29,159 nucleotides of DNA from a virus. Its lineage: Duplodnaviria > Caudoviricetes. The stretch is taken from IMG/VR virus record IMGVR_UViG_3300025601_000083, positions 1-29,159 of that record; one strand, written 5' to 3'. Positions 26,305 to 29,159 of the stretch are shown piece after piece. Numbering within the stretch: the stretch's first letter is position 1; each line of letters opens with the position of its first letter. Below the pieces are notes generated by a model that did not search any database, was not told the origin of the DNA, and saw only the letters and a program-made list of their open reading frames with translations. The position numbers and the translations under genes were made by a program.

Positions 26305-26592
26305 CTATCCTCCGAGGATTAGTTCAATGTCATTCATGCTATCTTCATTAATTACGCACGCGATTCCGTACGCCTCGCTTATCTCTCTGAGATTCTTTTC
26401 CTGTAAAGCTGTTGGCATGTTCTTACCTGCCTTACACTCTATCCCAAAGAACTTACCGTTGTAGCATCCTACTATGTCAGGTACTCCGCTCTTACCGTAT
26501 CCCCCAGTAGCAGGGAAAAAGTAGTAGCACCCTAACGCCTTTAACTGCTCAACTATCTTCTTCTTTACCTTCCCTTCCGGTGTCATCGCCAT
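26305..26592 (-). CDS. VRR-NUC nuclease (putative Holliday junction resolvase)
   Basis: TPEGKVK...GVPDIVGC..G.FFGIECKA...TALQ. The start is probably ATG 26592, after GGAGG. Confidence 0.85.
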   Translation of the reverse strand: MAMTPEGKVKKKIVEQLKALGCYYFFPATGGYGKSGVPDIVGCYNGKFFGIECKAGKNMPTALQEKNLREISEAYGIACVINEDSMNDIELILGG

Positions 26593-26752
26593 CTGCTTTG
26601 CCTCCATTTGATACCAGTTCATCGTGCCGCCTTGCCGCCCATGCACGGTCTTTGTCTCCTACTATCAGTGAGGCACCATAGGTCATTACACAGAAACCTA
26701 CTATCAACACCACACCAAACAAACATGACAATATTTGACCTATCATAAACAC
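26549..26752 (-). CDS. Small membrane protein
   Basis: 67 aa with a GAGG RBS, an N-terminal hydrophobic helix and a charged tail. Confidence 0.55.
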   Translation of the reverse strand: MFMIGQILSCLFGVVLIVGFCVMTYGASLIVGDKDRAWAARRHDELVSNGGKADGDDTGREGKEEDS

Positions 26753-26753
26753 C

Positions 26754-27032
26754 TCATTTCTCTACCCAAAAAGTATGTTCGTCAATACGCACACCGACAC
26801 CTTCTACGTGTGTAGTTGGTGGGGTCGGGTCACATATCATAAGTACCGATAGCTTTTCTTCAAGCCATTGCGGTAGTCCTTTATCCAAATCATATATCCC
26901 CTCACATTCCGAGTCAACACAATTCATACCCAAACACGTTACCTCGATACTATTCTCATGGCCTAGTGATGATACGCGGTAAGTGTTGGGCATACTAAGT
27001 GGATCGTCCCATATCGTGTTACTGCGTGACAT
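26754..27032 (-). CDS. Hypothetical protein, paralog of the C-terminal domain of the upstream gene
   Basis: The start is probably ATG 27032 (MSRSN) or a later Met. It shares LP..KLS.L.IC..VG.R..E..F.V with the 309-aa protein. Confidence 0.7.
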   Translation of the reverse strand: MSRSNTIWDDPLSMPNTYRVSSLGHENSIEVTCLGMNCVDSECEGIYDLDKGLPQWLEEKLSVLMICDPTPPTTHVEGVGVRIDEHTFWVEK

Positions 27033-27948
27033 AGAAGACGGCCTCACTATGACGATACCCGACTTGTGGTATGAATGCGTCCTCCTCACATATCGACAGG
27101 GTAGACAGTTTACCTAACACCCCCTCTGGTAAGGTGTCCTCGTAGTAAGTAGCCCACTTTAGAGTAGCGTTTCTGGCAAGCCCACGAATATCTTCTATAG
27201 GACATACATCGAATGCTTGGTTACCTAATTTCTCATACACCCGCACGACACTTAAAGGTAGGTTACGATCTTCTTCTGCCTGATCCTTTACAGCCTTACC
27301 CGCACGTAGGGCAGTTAGGTTGTTAGCTAGGGACTTGTCCATGAACTCATACCCAGAATCCAACAGTAAGTACATCTCCTTTAGTATGGGGGCACATGCT
27401 TCCTCCATATTCTTATCCCAACTAGAACCAAACATATTACGCCATATATTTGAGTGCGCCTCAGATGAGGAACTCCGGTACCTATGCGCGGCGTCCTTGT
27501 ACTTGTCAATACTAACAAGAGCCACCTCTTCATGGGAGAACCTGCGCAGGTACTTCTTTGCATTCTTTAGCCCGACATGAGCTAGGGTACTAACTTTCGT
27601 ACGAAACCCCTCAGAGTAGTTGTCGTACTTGTTGTTCTGTATGTCCCTACTGTGTACGACATACGATAACTTCTCTTTGGCATGGTCGAAGTCTACATCT
27701 ATCCACCCCATAACGTACTCATCGTCAGACATGTAAACGTGATACACCGAATGATTAATATCGCTACTACTAGCGCGTACCTCACACCCCCTGAACGCTT
27801 TCTTTACCTCTTGTGCAAACCACCGCATCTCTTTGCGGTTAGTCGCATTGCCTATCAGGTTAGGCTCGGGGGAGGTAACAACCTCTAACACCTCTGCAAC
27901 AGTGTGTATTTGACATTTGCCGTGTATGTCATACATATAAGTAGCCAT
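27019..27948 (-). CDS. Hypothetical early phage protein
   Basis: 309 aa ORF with a GAGGTG RBS, directly after the upstream stop. Confidence 0.8.
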   Translation of the reverse strand: MATYMYDIHGKCQIHTVAEVLEVVTSPEPNLIGNATNRKEMRWFAQEVKKAFRGCEVRASSSDINHSVYHVYMSDDEYVMGWIDVDFDHAKEKLSYVVHSRDIQNNKYDNYSEGFRTKVSTLAHVGLKNAKKYLRRFSHEEVALVSIDKYKDAAHRYRSSSSEAHSNIWRNMFGSSWDKNMEEACAPILKEMYLLLDSGYEFMDKSLANNLTALRAGKAVKDQAEEDRNLPLSVVRVYEKLGNQAFDVCPIEDIRGLARNATLKWATYYEDTLPEGVLGKLSTLSICEEDAFIPQVGYRHSEAVFYVTQ

Positions 27949-27949
27949 G

Positions 27950-28810
27950 CTATTTCACCTCTCTGTATTCTTCAAATGAGTCAGTGAACTCACCCATATA
28001 GTTAGCCCACGCGTTGAACTTGGTGCGGAACTTCTTAGGGTCACTTGTTAAGCTGACGTTAGTAGTTGGGTTTGTGTGTCCCCAGTACCTGTTACCCATA
28101 CTTTGTGCTAGGTCACATAGGAACGCGTGGAGCATATCAGTACGAGCCTCGTGATGCTCTTCTACTAACATGTCTCTGAACGTGTCACCCTTGACTGTAT
28201 TAACACCCCATCTAGCCTCGCGGTTGGAATCCCAATTCATAGTGCCTTCTATCATTGGGGTCATAGTCCATGCCCAGTGTAGGTACTCTTCGATAGCTTT
28301 CTTGAATGGTGCCTTACGCTCTTTGTTAACACGTACTCGTGTGACAGGTAACAGGTGCGGTTCGCTGGTAAGCGTCCATGACTCTTGTGGTGTATGTCTG
28401 TCGGTAAACACTATGGTCTTGTCTTTGTCCTTGGGTAGGTAGTAGCGGTTGCCCTCATAACGTATGTACTGCTTGCCTCCGTCCACTATGAAGCCCATGT
28501 TCCTCGGCATACACCGATCAAGGAATGAGTACCTACTGCAATGTGCGTGGTCACCATCTCCATTACGAAACTCTACTGTGTCAGTGTTATCGGCATTGCG
28601 AGTCCAGACCACTGCGGCACTGCTTGGGTCACTGCCAGTAGCACCGTAGTCTACTAACATGTAACAGGTTGGTGATTCCTTGACGATACATTCCCACTTA
28701 CGTCTGCGATCCCCGAGAGGAACTATGTTGGTGCCCCTGATAGGTTTGGTGGTGTTATACAAATGCTCCACATGTGTGAAACTGTCTAGCCCATAATTAA
28801 ACATAGCCAT
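27950..28810 (-). CDS. Hypothetical early phage protein
   Basis: 286 aa ORF with a GGAG RBS. Confidence 0.8.
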   Translation of the reverse strand: MAMFNYGLDSFTHVEHLYNTTKPIRGTNIVPLGDRRRKWECIVKESPTCYMLVDYGATGSDPSSAAVVWTRNADNTDTVEFRNGDGDHAHCSRYSFLDRCMPRNMGFIVDGGKQYIRYEGNRYYLPKDKDKTIVFTDRHTPQESWTLTSEPHLLPVTRVRVNKERKAPFKKAIEEYLHWAWTMTPMIEGTMNWDSNREARWGVNTVKGDTFRDMLVEEHHEARTDMLHAFLCDLAQSMGNRYWGHTNPTTNVSLTSDPKKFRTKFNAWANYMGEFTDSFEEYREVK

Positions 28811-28830
28811 AATATTTCTCCGAGTTGTTG

Positions 28831-28848
28831 TGTCTACATATGTAGACA
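28831..28848. promoter_or_regulatory. Perfect 18-bp palindrome (candidate operator or hairpin)
   Basis: tgtctacatatgtagaca is its own reverse complement and lies in the gap 20 nt upstream of the 28810 start. Confidence 0.6.
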
Positions 28849-28859
28849 GTTAGTTTGTC

Positions 28860-29105
28860 TTACCCCTGTTGTATGCGTTGCCACGCACGTTGCACTGTCC
28901 CCACGTCATTGCGGTCATAGTCACTGTCCACTGGCGTATCCCTAACGTGATCGTAATAGAACTCCAGTGCCTCCTCTACAGTATCTATAGCCTCTGACCA
29001 ATCCATCTTGTGTTCCTCTTGCGTTGCGAACTCCGATGGGTCTAGGTCAGGGGATTCAAACTTTCCGTTCTTTTTCCCAGTCCCTGCAAACGATTTATTA
29101 CTCAT
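28860..29105 (-). CDS. Hypothetical acidic protein
   Basis: 81 aa with a GAGGA RBS. An internal Met (MDWSE) preceded by GAGGA is an alternative start. Confidence 0.65.
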   Translation of the reverse strand: MSNKSFAGTGKKNGKFESPDLDPSEFATQEEHKMDWSEAIDTVEEALEFYYDHVRDTPVDSDYDRNDVGTVQRAWQRIQQG

Positions 29106-29159
29106 TTCACTATCCTCTTATTTAGCCACTCACCTGAGAACTTCTCATCAGGTGTGGTG
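29102..29159 (-). CDS. 3' end of an upstream gene (partial)
   Basis: The frame is open from the window edge (...TTPDEKFSGEWLNKRIVK*), and its TGA overlaps the ATG at 29105 (ATGA). Confidence 0.45.
   Translation of the reverse strand, partial: TTPDEKFSGEWLNKRIVK

Noticed and set aside
16049-28649. + strand ORFs within the replication block (e.g. 16049-16570, 22242-22646)
   Set aside because: They are antisense to well-supported genes and have no motif support.
29126-29157. Inverted repeat cacctga...tcaggtg near the window end
   Set aside because: It has no U-tail and lies within a probable coding 3' end. Context is truncated, so no function can be supported.

Overview
This window is a fragment of a tailed dsDNA phage genome, probably podovirus-like and aquatic (inference), with two convergent, tightly packed gene blocks. 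The + strand (1-15265) carries four very large low-complexity proteins that look like internal virion/ejection proteins. The first is 5'-truncated; the last (2151 aa) is a polyvalent-type protein with an HExxH metallopeptidase. The - strand (15360-29159) carries a replication/early module: primase fused to a DUF927-type helicase, two adjacent ssDNA-binding-like proteins, an HTH protein, a SNF2-like helicase, an HNH-like protein, a Cas4-like PD-(D/E)XK nuclease, a family A DNA polymerase (Leu762 type), DUF3310, VRR-NUC and several small hypothetical genes. The blocks meet at an intrinsic terminator (~15267-15304). The most interesting unexplained signals are: (i) the longer intergenic gaps on the - strand fold into G-U-supported RNA structures, including a candidate ~80-nt sRNA with its own promoter and an anti-SD loop, and structured leaders that occlude the RBS of both helicase genes; (ii) a short 'A-x-G-G-I' motif recurring across three virion proteins; (iii) a segment of the giant protein resembling the E3-binding (PSBD) domain of 2-oxoacid dehydrogenases; (iv) a hidden tandem domain duplication among the early genes. 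All family calls come from motif recognition by eye; no searches or folding programs were run.
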